Source: Deferribacterales bacterium (GTDB taxonomy: Bacteria > Chrysiogenota > Deferribacteres > Deferribacterales > Geovibrionaceae). From it: a stretch of 64,000 nt of DNA. Each line of letters begins with the position of its first letter. Within the stretch, counting starts at the first letter, position 1. The position numbers and the translations under genes were made by a program. The stretch is from assembly GCA_050251945.1 (NCBI GenBank), contig JBFWLW010000002.1, positions 256,001 to 320,000 on the forward strand, written 5' to 3'. Under the pieces are notes generated by a model. It was given only the letters and a program-made list of their open reading frames with translations, ran no database searches and was not told the origin of the DNA. Below, in pieces: positions 47,841 to 56,268 of the stretch.

Positions 47841-49403
47841 TTAAAACACCTTTTTGAAAATTCTTTTAAAGATATTTTCCTCGACATTTAAGACTTGGTA
47901 ACCTTTTAAACTATCAACTTCATCCTCTGCTGTATCAGATAAAGATTGATTATCATTCATAGAGTGGAGTACTGTGTCTGAAATAAATTTTCTAATTGCA
48001 ATTAAATCTTTTATTTGAGTTTCAAATTTAATGATGAGTTCATTATTTGGTTTAATTGTATTAATTTGCACAGAGAGCATATTGTTAAGTTTGTGAATAG
48101 ATAAATTACAATATTTTACTATATCTGTTTTGCTAGCCCCAAGTAAATTAATAATCTCTATGCCTAAATTGTTGTGGGGTATTCTACTGCTAATTTTGAC
48201 AATTCTATCTAGTGTATCAGCAACATAGCCTAAGCTGCGGTAGTCTAAAGTATCCTCATGAATTTGCCCATTTTCAACCTGTTTTATAATTAATTTTTTT
48301 AATAATACTATTGCAGAATCAATATCTCCCACTTCAATGCAAGCATCAATAAATCCAATAACATCCCCGTCTTGGTAGTCTTTCATGCTGTAATAGTAAA
48401 TTATATCCACCTTGAATGGCTCTATACAGTTATAAATATTTTTAAAATCAGAATAACTTATTACGCCTTCTTTCCAAAAAACTATAACACTAAACAAAAA
48501 ATGAGTAAGTTCACTCACGTTAATTGATTCGTCATAATTTGCAGTCTCAATTGTATCATTATAATTTATGCTAGAAAGATAATTTATAACGAATGGCTCA
48601 AAAATATCATAAATGTATCTTAAATCAGACTCACGCAATACACCTTCTTTCCAAAAAGTTCTAGCAGCAGATAACATATGAGCAGGTTCATGAATTCTAA
48701 TTATCTCATTGTGATTTATGTTAGCGATATAATTTTCAACTGATTTCATAAAGTTGTTAAAGTGTCTTTCTGTAAGCGTATAATATGAAGCAATTTCACA
48801 CCAACAAGAAATATCTCCTCTCTTTGCACCCTCTTTATAATATCTTAATGCTTCTTGTTTATTTTCATTAACACCTACACCAAAATCATGCATTAAACCT
48901 AAAAGTTTTGGAGCAGTAATAGAACCTAGTTCATATGCTTTCTTAAAATTATGATATGCCTCTTTATAGTCTTGAAAACAATTGTCAGTACCACTGTAAT
49001 AATTATGTCCCAGTTTTTCGTAATGCTCCCATGGTTGTTGTTCTGAATACTCAAGCTCACTACTATCTGCATCGTCAAATACAAGTTCTTTTTCAATTGC
49101 CTTAATATCTTTTATTATATCAACGACATCAGAAGGTTCAGCCTCAAAAAATTCTCTGCCTTTATTCAATCTAAAGCCTTGAGCTTCTAAATGTGCATGT
49201 ATAGCCTTTTCAGCAGCGGCACAATTCTGAAAGAACTCTTTATAAATTAGAATAAAATTGATAGGCACACCTGTAGCACTTGAAAGTTCTTTAACTCTTT
49301 CTTCCGGTGTTTTGGTTGTAAGACCAATTTTCAGTAATCCTGGCATAGCAGGATTTATTAAAACATAAATATAACCTTGTGAACTCATACCCATTACCCT
49401 CAT
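47841..49403 (-). CDS. T5orf172/GIY-YIG nuclease-domain protein with SEL1-like repeats and an unknown C-terminal region
   Basis: GYIYVL.N..MPGLLKIG.T...PEER..EL...TGVP and REFF motifs; SEL1-like LG..Y..G.....D..EA and LGLM...G.GV..N...A..YY..GA..G; visibly AT-rich. Start may be ATG 49388. Confidence 0.8.
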   Translation of the reverse strand: MRVMGMSSQGYIYVLINPAMPGLLKIGLTTKTPEERVKELSSATGVPINFILIYKEFFQNCAAAEKAIHAHLEAQGFRLNKGREFFEAEPSDVVDIIKDIKAIEKELVFDDADSSELEYSEQQPWEHYEKLGHNYYSGTDNCFQDYKEAYHNFKKAYELGSITAPKLLGLMHDFGVGVNENKQEALRYYKEGAKRGDISCWCEIASYYTLTERHFNNFMKSVENYIANINHNEIIRIHEPAHMLSAARTFWKEGVLRESDLRYIYDIFEPFVINYLSSINYNDTIETANYDESINVSELTHFLFSVIVFWKEGVISYSDFKNIYNCIEPFKVDIIYYYSMKDYQDGDVIGFIDACIEVGDIDSAIVLLKKLIIKQVENGQIHEDTLDYRSLGYVADTLDRIVKISSRIPHNNLGIEIINLLGASKTDIVKYCNLSIHKLNNMLSVQINTIKPNNELIIKFETQIKDLIAIRKFISDTVLHSMNDNQSLSDTAEDEVDSLKGYQVLNVEENIFKRIFKKVF

Positions 49404-49455
49404 TATGCAAGAATATACACGGTTTCATCTGTTTAGAACGCTCTTGTAAACTCAA

Positions 49456-49727
49456 CTAGAGCATAGTTCATAAGTTATGTCATATAGAAAAAAGACGAGA
49501 CTGCTTCACCCCTATGGGGTTCGCAGAGACGTGATTTTTATTCTGTCTTTGCGAGGAGCTGAGCGACGCGGCAATCTCCTCTTGTCTCCCCTTTTAACAA
49601 CGGGGGATTAAGGGGGATTTTCTTTCTATTTTAAGAAACTTAGTAAAGTCAAATCCATCAAAACTTCCCTTTAGCTAAAAGGAGGCTTCAATAGGAAATG
49701 CGTTAATTTTTATGAAAAATGCTCTAG
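49456..49727. mobile_element. 272-bp MITE with 18-bp terminal inverted repeats and REP-like cargo
   Basis: CTAGAGCATAGTTCATAA ... TTATGAAAAATGCTCTAG (16/18 match). Internal palindromic units at 49497-49530 and 49545-49578. A second degenerate inverted pair lies at about 49587-49685. No ORF in the track. Confidence 0.7.
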
Positions 49728-49924
49728 CGGTTACGCTTTCATGCGCCCAACAATCAAATTAATAATACCATCAAGCGCCTAAATATCAAATTGAAAAATA
49801 ATTTCATTTTCAAGAGAAATGCATGATTCTTAATTATTAGCATGAACAAGCGTCAGTTATTGTCGCTTTATGATAATTTTTAAATGATAAAGAGGAAATG
49901 CGAAGTGTTATAAACGGCAAAATA

Positions 49925-49961
49925 AAAATAGCCGAACCCGCAAAGGCTCGGCTTTTCTTTT
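49925..49961 (-). terminator. Intrinsic (probably bidirectional) terminator after tRNA-Met
   Basis: AGCCGAGCC-TTTGCG-GGTTCGGCT followed by ATTTTTATTTT on the minus strand. Confidence 0.8.
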
Positions 49962-49964
49962 GTA

Positions 49965-50038
49965 TGGCGGTGCAGGGAATTGAACCCCGGACACTGCGGA
50001 TATGAGCCGCATGCTCTAACCATCTGAGCTACACCGCC
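49965..50038 (-). tRNA. tRNA with CAT anticodon, most likely elongator tRNA-Met; CCA not encoded
   Basis: GGCGGTG TA GCTC AGATGGTTA GAGC A TGCGG CTCATAT CCGCA GTGTC CGGGG TTCAATT CCCTG CACCGCC A; G1:C72 paired. Confidence 0.92.
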
Positions 50039-50054
50039 GTAAGATAGGGATGTT

Positions 50055-50083
50055 TATATACCCTATCTTTTTATTACAGTCAA
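50055..50083 (-). promoter_or_regulatory. Sigma70 promoter of tRNA-Met
   Basis: TTGACT-17 nt-TATATA; the -10 lies in the loop of the inverted repeat AAGATAGGG/CCCTATCTT (50041-50069). Confidence 0.6.
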
Positions 50084-50090
50084 TAAGTTT

Positions 50091-51209
50091 TTAATTCGCA
50101 AGAACAAAGTCTTTATTCTTTATTTCAACAATGACGAAAGAATCCTTTGAAAGCCCTGTGTGGTCGCCTGACGACATATTAAACTCGCCTGCGATGCCGA
50201 TCATCTTTTTGATTTTTTCAAGCTCTCCGGCAAGTTTATCACCACCTGTTCCAGCCTTGGCATATGCTGTTCTGAACAGCATGAAAGCGTCGTATGCATG
50301 TCCGCCGAAAGCAGAAACGGGTGATTTGAAATTGCCTTCAAAATCGTTTTTATATTTCACAAGCGTCTTTTTAAATTTGTCACTGTCGGGGAGCTGGTCT
50401 GCGACAACAATTCTGCCAGCAGTGAGCTTTATACCATTTGCTGCATCGCCCGCAAGTTCAATGAATTTCATAGAGGCAACACCCTGTGTCATATACAGGT
50501 CGCCCATACCGAGCTGCTGGGCGTTTCTGGCGATTATGGCAGGAGCCGCGCCCGCCGCCCAACAGATGACGGCATCATATTTCTTCCCTTTGATGTTAGA
50601 AAGCTGGGAGGTCATATCCTTGTCTTTATCGCGGAATTTCTCGTCCGCAACGATGTTCATTCCGTATTTTTTTGCGATATCAAGAACGGCGTCCCTGCCT
50701 GTTGAGCCGTAACCGCTCTGTTCTGTAATCAGTGCAATGTTCTTTTTCTTTTTTGTCGCAAGGTATTCAAGCAGTTTTTCAGCAACCTGAGTATCCGACT
50801 GGGGTGTTTTATATACATATTTGTTAACGGGTGTAACGATATCAAGGCTGGCAGCGCATGATATCAGCGGGAGTTTATATCTTGCCGCAAGGTTTTTAAT
50901 GGCAAGGGCGGAGCCTGTTCTGGACGGTCCCAAAACAGCAACAACCTTGTCGACAGTTGCTAGTCTTTTGAAAGAGTTTATGGTGATGTTCTCGTCACCC
51001 TGCGTGTCATAGATAAAAAGTCTGATCTTTTCACCGTTGATACCGCCATGCTTGTTCACTTCGTCAACAAGCATCTCAAGGGTCTGTTTTTCAGGCATAC
51101 CCAGAAAGCTTGTCGGTCCTGTAACGGAAAAAAGACCGCCAAGTCTGATCTCCGCGTGCGCCACGGCGCAGATGAGCAGCGCGAGCATAATAAAAGATAT
51201 CTTTCTCAT
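50091..51209 (-). CDS. ABC transporter substrate-binding protein (LivK/LivJ-like), orphan
   Basis: Signal peptide; SVTGP...LG, GGING and AYDA motifs; no permease genes adjacent. Confidence 0.88.
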   Translation of the reverse strand: MRKISFIMLALLICAVAHAEIRLGGLFSVTGPTSFLGMPEKQTLEMLVDEVNKHGGINGEKIRLFIYDTQGDENITINSFKRLATVDKVVAVLGPSRTGSALAIKNLAARYKLPLISCAASLDIVTPVNKYVYKTPQSDTQVAEKLLEYLATKKKKNIALITEQSGYGSTGRDAVLDIAKKYGMNIVADEKFRDKDKDMTSQLSNIKGKKYDAVICWAAGAAPAIIARNAQQLGMGDLYMTQGVASMKFIELAGDAANGIKLTAGRIVVADQLPDSDKFKKTLVKYKNDFEGNFKSPVSAFGGHAYDAFMLFRTAYAKAGTGGDKLAGELEKIKKMIGIAGEFNMSSGDHTGLSKDSFVIVEIKNKDFVLAN

Positions 51210-51335
51210 TAATCTCACTCCTTGAAAAACGTCGGTTGTTGATTATATCAGATGTCATGATAATTTCAATGTTTTATCAGACTAATTATAGGCTTTATCA
51301 ATAAGAAAATAGTTACAATCGCAACTATAATTATG

Positions 51336-51362
51336 TAAAGTTTATGGTCAAAATGTCGATAT
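51336..51362 (+). promoter_or_regulatory. Sigma28 (FliA) promoter 1
   Basis: TAAAGTTT-N11-GTCGATAT versus the consensus TAAAGTTT-N11-GCCGATAA. Confidence 0.75.
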
Positions 51363-51381
51363 GGGAACACAGGAGAATTAT

Positions 51382-51588
51382 ATGGACCTGACATCAATAG
51401 CTGCAGCCGCCAGCGATATGAAAGCAGCTGAAACACAGTATGCTGCCAACATAAAAGTTATGAAAATGGCTCTGGACACACAGAAAACCGGACTTTCCGT
51501 TCTGGCGCCTACGGATTTTGCATCCTCAGGTGTAAGCCGCGCCGCAGACGGTACGGGCAAAGGCACGCTTCTCGATATTATGGCGTAA
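51382..51588 (+). CDS. YjfB-family putative motility protein
   Basis: AGGAG RBS; IA..AS.M...Q.......VMKMALD.Q and C-terminal GKG.LLDI.A. Confidence 0.8.
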   Translation: MDLTSIAAAASDMKAAETQYAANIKVMKMALDTQKTGLSVLAPTDFASSGVSRAADGTGKGTLLDIMA

Positions 51589-51638
51589 AAGTGAACGTCT
51601 CCTCACAAAACATACACATTTTAACTACTCCATAAACA

Positions 51639-51665
51639 TATAGTTTATTTAACTTATTACGATAT
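51639..51665 (+). promoter_or_regulatory. Sigma28 (FliA) promoter 2
   Basis: TATAGTTT-N11-TACGATAT, same geometry as promoter 1. Confidence 0.6.
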
Positions 51666-51685
51666 GCTGATAAGCGGAGGACTAT

Positions 51686-51916
51686 ATGCGAATAACATCT
51701 GCCTCAAACCTTAACAGTACGGTTTCAAACTCGGTATCCGGTTCAAGAGCAGCCTCTTCCAAAACGCAATCCGATGGCGGATTTTTTCAGGCTGTTGAAG
51801 ATTTTTTTCAGCCGGTATGGCCTTTTCCTCCTGAAAAATCTGAGGCATCAGAATCAGGACTGGAAGCGTTCGCCGAGGACGCAATTAAAACAGCTTCCAT
51901 AAATTTACTTGCGTAA
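51686..51916 (+). CDS. Small hypothetical protein, Ser-rich N-terminus, ends INLLA
   Basis: GGAGG RBS; own sigma28-like promoter; 76 aa. Confidence 0.7.
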   Translation: MRITSASNLNSTVSNSVSGSRAASSKTQSDGGFFQAVEDFFQPVWPFPPEKSEASESGLEAFAEDAIKTASINLLA

Positions 51917-51931
51917 TCATGAGGTGAAAAC

Positions 51932-52204
51932 GTGTCAATAACACCCGCACGAAGCAGCATTGCCAACTCGGCACAGCAAATTAAGAATGATGTCAAATCG
52001 GCTCACAGGCAGATAAAAAATGATGTTAAAGGAGCGGTTTCAGACGTGAAAAACACTGTTAAAAGTGCCGTTTCGGATGTTAAAAACGATGTTAAATCCG
52101 TAAAAACGCAGGTTAAGGACAATGCGCAAGACGCTGCCGAAGATGTTAAGAACACAACTCTCGGAGATATCGCAAAGGCGATAGGGCTGGATATATTCGC
52201 CTGA
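51932..52204 (+). CDS. Small hypothetical protein with 11-residue amphipathic repeats, ends LDIFA
   Basis: GAGGTG RBS and GTG start; repeats IKNDVKSAHRQ/IKNDVKGAVSD/VKNTVKSAVSD/VKNDVKSVKTQ/VKDNAQDAAED. Confidence 0.72.
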   Translation: MSITPARSSIANSAQQIKNDVKSAHRQIKNDVKGAVSDVKNTVKSAVSDVKNDVKSVKTQVKDNAQDAAEDVKNTTLGDIAKAIGLDIFA

Positions 52205-53185
52205 TTATCTGATTATGCTTCCGTCGGCTATTTTTATGTACTGGACACGCTCAAGAGTCTGGAACTGTCTTATCTTTTTGCGTAAAACAAGTCCGACCGC
52301 ATCCTCAAGATTCATATCATGCCTGTCAAGCCATTCTGCAAGCCCCTGATTAAGCTCCGTTATTGCAGAAAATCCTTTTTTATAGAGCATAGACGCAACC
52401 TGCACTGTCGAGGCACCGGCAAGAACGTACTGCGTCAGAACGTCTGCGTTATGGACGCCTGTTGAGGCGGAAATATCTATAGAAGATTCTTTAGCAACCG
52501 CGGCAACCCAGCGTATAACATTATACGCTTCGCTCTCCTGCGAATAATAATGTACAGGCTCAAGCTCAAGGGTCTCAGTATTTATCTTCATCTGATAGTA
52601 TCTGTTAAAAAGCGTCACAGCTTTTGCGCCCGCGCTGTGCAGTCTGCGCACCATATAGGGTACTGCGGTGATATTCTGCCCTATCTTCACGGAAACGGGT
52701 ATGCTGACTGTCTTTTTGACCTCGTGAACCACTTCAAAGTATCTGGATTCCACTTCCTGCGAAGAGATTCCGGCGTCAAACGGCATAAATGATATATTAA
52801 GTTCGATGCCGTGCGCTCCGGCTTCTTCAATGGATTTTGCATACTCGGTCCACCATTTTCCGCCTTCACAGTTTACACTGGCAATAACAGGTATGGAGAC
52901 CGCTTCCACTGCTTTCCGCACAAGTTCGAGGTATTCGCCCGCACCGTAAACCATTGCGGCGTCAGCATTCATATAGTCATACGCCTCGCTGTGGAAAGAC
53001 ATATCTATATCAAGCCCGCTGTCCTGACGTATCTCCTCTTCAAAAAGCGACTTGAGGATAACTGCGCCGGCGCCGGCGTCTTCCGCCTTTTTCAGATTAT
53101 CGATGTCCTTAGTCAGTGTGCTGCTAGCAGCTATTACGGGGCTTTTCAGTTTCATTCCCATATAGGTTGTGCTGATGTCGGGCAT
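52205..53185 (-). CDS. Dihydroorotate dehydrogenase-like flavoprotein
   Basis: GAVILKSLFEE, ASVN, ELNI, PVSVK, LFNR and STGVH motifs. Confidence 0.85.
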   Translation of the reverse strand: MPDISTTYMGMKLKSPVIAASSTLTKDIDNLKKAEDAGAGAVILKSLFEEEIRQDSGLDIDMSFHSEAYDYMNADAAMVYGAGEYLELVRKAVEAVSIPVIASVNCEGGKWWTEYAKSIEEAGAHGIELNISFMPFDAGISSQEVESRYFEVVHEVKKTVSIPVSVKIGQNITAVPYMVRRLHSAGAKAVTLFNRYYQMKINTETLELEPVHYYSQESEAYNVIRWVAAVAKESSIDISASTGVHNADVLTQYVLAGASTVQVASMLYKKGFSAITELNQGLAEWLDRHDMNLEDAVGLVLRKKIRQFQTLERVQYIKIADGSIIR

Positions 53186-53194
53186 ATTGGTCTC

Positions 53195-55486
53195 CTAGTC
53201 CTTAATGAGCAGTTCTCTGGGCTTGGAAGTACCGTCGCTGGGAGCCACGATACCCTGTTTTTCCATTATCTCAACAATGCGCGCGGCTCTGTTATAGCCT
53301 ATCCGCAGGTATCTCTGCACCATGGATATGGACGCAAAACCCTTCTGGCGCACCAGTTCCAGTGCCTCCTGATATTTCTCGTCCATCTCGCTGTCGTCAA
53401 CATCCTCCGCGTCGAGGCTCTGCTCGCGCACAAGATCCATGTTATATTCCGGTTTACCGATACTTTTAAGGTGTTCAACGATTCTGCCCACCTCTTCGTC
53501 CGAAACAAAGCATCCGTGTACGCGGGTGCAGTCGCTCATACCGGGCGGAATGAAAAGGCTGTCGCCTTTACCAAGAAGAACTTCCGCGCCGCCTGAGTCC
53601 AGTATGGTTCGGGAATCTATCTTTGACGAAACACGGAACGACAGACGTGCAGGCATGTTCGCTTTTATGATACCTGTAATGACGTTAACGGACGGGCGCT
53701 GTGTTGCGAGAACAAGGTGTATGCCCACCGCACGCGCCATCTGGGCGATACGGATGATGGATTGTTCAACCTCTTTGCCGGAAACCAGCATAAGATCGGC
53801 GAACTCGTCCACAATAACCACCAGATAGGGCATTTTGGGCAGTTCAGGGTCATTCTCCGCCCTCATGTTATATGAATCTATGTTGCGCACCTTAAGCGAT
53901 GCGAGGGCTGAATATCTGTTCTCCATCTCCTCAACGACGTTCTTAAGGACGTTCGCCGCCTTGCGCGGGTCTGTGACAACAGGTGCGGCAAGGTGGGGTA
54001 TATCGTCGTATACCGAAAGCTCAACCATCTTCGGGTCGACCATAATAAATTTAACTTTGTCAGGCGACGCTTTAAATATTATAGAGCATATCAGCGTATT
54101 CACCGCAACGGATTTACCGCTGCCTGTGGTTCCCGCCACAAGAAGGTGGGGCATGGTTGCAAGGTCGCTGACATAGCCTTTACCGGCGATGTCCTTGCCC
54201 ATGGCAAACGTAAGAGGCGACGGGCTGTTGGCATATTCTCTTGATTTCAGCAATTCGCTGAGAGAGACCATTGCGCGGTATTTATTGGGAAGTTCGATAC
54301 CAACGACGGATTTGCCGGGGATGGGGGCTATTATGCGCACGCTGACGGCTGACATTGCCAGAGCAAGGTCGTCGGTCAGGTTCGCTATCTTGTTTATCTT
54401 AACGCCGGGTGCGGGTTCAAATTCATATTGAGTAACCACAGGCCCGGGCTGTATCTCGCGTATTTTACCGTTAACCCCGAAGTCAGCCAGTTTGGAAAGC
54501 AGAAGCTCGCCCTTTATCTTCATCTCTTCCGGAGATTCGGCGCGGCTGTCTCTCTTCGCCTCATCAAGCAGAGAAAGAGGGACAGTATAGTTTCCGATGA
54601 CCTGCTCCATTGTGACAGGCTCTTTTATATTAATATGATTGAAAGGCTCTTTAACTTTCGGCTTGTTCACCGCAATGCTCTCAAGGTTTCCGAGTTCCTC
54701 TTCAACCTTCTGAACGGTTTGAACGGCAGGTTTTTCGGGCATGGCGACTTTGGACGGAGGCGTATAAGCATCATCCTTATCCGCACCGACAGACCTGTTC
54801 AGACTGCCTATGGGAGAATTTTCATCAGACGGCATGTTCTTAACAGGCATGAAATCACCGTAATCAGGCTCCTCATCCTCCGTTACAACACGGCTTGAAC
54901 CATCCTTTCTCTTCAGTTCGGGTATCTTCGGCAGGTTAATTCCGTCGCGGATGAAGCTGATTATAACCCGCGGAAAGAGCGCCAGAAGTGTCAGCAGTAT
55001 CAGGAAAATACAGACGATAACCCCGCCCACTCGCCCGACAAGGGACGAAAACAGGTCAGCGGAAAAAAGTCCCCAGAGACCGCCTGTGGGTTTCTGCGAG
55101 AATATGAAATCCGTCCCGCCCAAAAAGCCGGACAGAGTTGAAAGCAGGTAAAGCAGGATAAGGAACAGGATAAAACGGAAGATGGTGCGTTTCCATTTCA
55201 TTGCCTTGTTTTTACGGTGCAGGTGTGCGCTGTACGACAGCCAGATGAGCACGCTGGGAAGCAGAAACGTTGTCCAGCCGAAAAAAGTCGCAAGGATATC
55301 GCTGATGTAGGCTCCCGTCTTGCCGAACAGGTTTGAAACGCTCTGTTCATAGTTGGAAAAGACTATGAAGGTGTAACCCGGATCGGATTCCGAATGGGAA
55401 TAGATGGCAAGAGCGGCAAAAACCGTCAGAAAAGCGATTGCAAGAAAAACAATGTCGGCCCGGATGCTTTTGGTTTCTATATCCAT
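53195..55486 (-). CDS. ftsK: DNA translocase FtsK
   Basis: N-terminal TM domain; AGTTGSGKS, DEFADL and ATQRPS; gamma domain QRYLRIGYNRAAR; start set at ATG 55486. Confidence 0.96.
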   Translation of the reverse strand: MDIETKSIRADIVFLAIAFLTVFAALAIYSHSESDPGYTFIVFSNYEQSVSNLFGKTGAYISDILATFFGWTTFLLPSVLIWLSYSAHLHRKNKAMKWKRTIFRFILFLILLYLLSTLSGFLGGTDFIFSQKPTGGLWGLFSADLFSSLVGRVGGVIVCIFLILLTLLALFPRVIISFIRDGINLPKIPELKRKDGSSRVVTEDEEPDYGDFMPVKNMPSDENSPIGSLNRSVGADKDDAYTPPSKVAMPEKPAVQTVQKVEEELGNLESIAVNKPKVKEPFNHINIKEPVTMEQVIGNYTVPLSLLDEAKRDSRAESPEEMKIKGELLLSKLADFGVNGKIREIQPGPVVTQYEFEPAPGVKINKIANLTDDLALAMSAVSVRIIAPIPGKSVVGIELPNKYRAMVSLSELLKSREYANSPSPLTFAMGKDIAGKGYVSDLATMPHLLVAGTTGSGKSVAVNTLICSIIFKASPDKVKFIMVDPKMVELSVYDDIPHLAAPVVTDPRKAANVLKNVVEEMENRYSALASLKVRNIDSYNMRAENDPELPKMPYLVVIVDEFADLMLVSGKEVEQSIIRIAQMARAVGIHLVLATQRPSVNVITGIIKANMPARLSFRVSSKIDSRTILDSGGAEVLLGKGDSLFIPPGMSDCTRVHGCFVSDEEVGRIVEHLKSIGKPEYNMDLVREQSLDAEDVDDSEMDEKYQEALELVRQKGFASISMVQRYLRIGYNRAARIVEIMEKQGIVAPSDGTSKPRELLIKD

Positions 55487-56268
55487 ACTATTGATATGAT
55501 TCCCACTATGAGGCAATACAGAGCGAAAGCCCTGAGATTAGCCCGTTTTATAAAGTATACCATAATATTTATGGCAAAAAGTCCTGTTATGAACGCCGCT
55601 ATCATCCCGACGATATACATAGGGATATGTGCAGAAGGTACTGCGTCAAGGTGCCTTAACTGAAGAATTATAGCTCCAATTATCGCCGGAATTGACATAA
55701 GAAATGTAAATTCACCCATTTCCGAACGTTTTATACCGAGAAAAAGTCCTGCTGCCGTTGTCGAACCCGCTCTGGATATCCCCGGGAGCACGGCGATGCC
55801 CTGCACAATACCGATAATGAAAGCTGTTCCGGCTGATATCAGTTTCTGTCCGTGGAATCTGTCGGAAAAGAGCAGCAGTATTGATGTCAATATCAGGAAA
55901 TATCCGACAAACGTAGGTGTGGCGAACATCCCCTCAACACTCTTTTCAAGCGCCAGTCCTATAATGCCTGTGGGTATGGTCGCAATGATTATTCCCCAGA
56001 AAAATCTTTTGTTCTCGAAGTAGATAACCTTATAGCTGCTGTTCACCATCCCCAGAGGACTGATTATAAGCTCGAATATCCTGTGGCGGAAATAGACAAA
56101 AACAGCGCCCAGTGTGGCGCCGTGCAGCAGAGTGTCATAAAGCATCCCGGGCTGCTGAAAGTCTTTCATAAGCGCCTGTGCAAGAACAAGGTGTCCCGAA
56201 CTGCTGACAGGAAGGAATTCCGTCAGCCCCTGAACGATACCTAAAATAATGGCATCAAAATAACTCAT
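55477..56268 (-). CDS. uppP: Undecaprenyl-diphosphatase
   Basis: GIVQGLTEFLPVSSSGHL and PGISR.G.T motifs. Confidence 0.95.
   Translation of the reverse strand: MSYFDAIILGIVQGLTEFLPVSSSGHLVLAQALMKDFQQPGMLYDTLLHGATLGAVFVYFRHRIFELIISPLGMVNSSYKVIYFENKRFFWGIIIATIPTGIIGLALEKSVEGMFATPTFVGYFLILTSILLLFSDRFHGQKLISAGTAFIIGIVQGIAVLPGISRAGSTTAAGLFLGIKRSEMGEFTFLMSIPAIIGAIILQLRHLDAVPSAHIPMYIVGMIAAFITGLFAINIMVYFIKRANLRAFALYCLIVGIISIVWI

Noticed and set aside
47259..49965. Integrative island bounded by att sites at tRNA-Met
   Set aside because: I found no duplicate of the tRNA 3' end near 47.3 kb, no integrase is present, and the tRNA terminator is intact; better described as accumulated accessory DNA
49965..50038. 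tRNA-Ile2 (lysidine) assignment
   Set aside because: The GGCGGTG acceptor stem looks more like elongator tRNA-Met; a covariance-model classifier would settle it
52205..53185. pyrD assignment, or novelty from the missing SCP cysteine
   Set aside because: KSLFEE and LFNR mark the known DHOD-like subfamily, which typically lacks that motif
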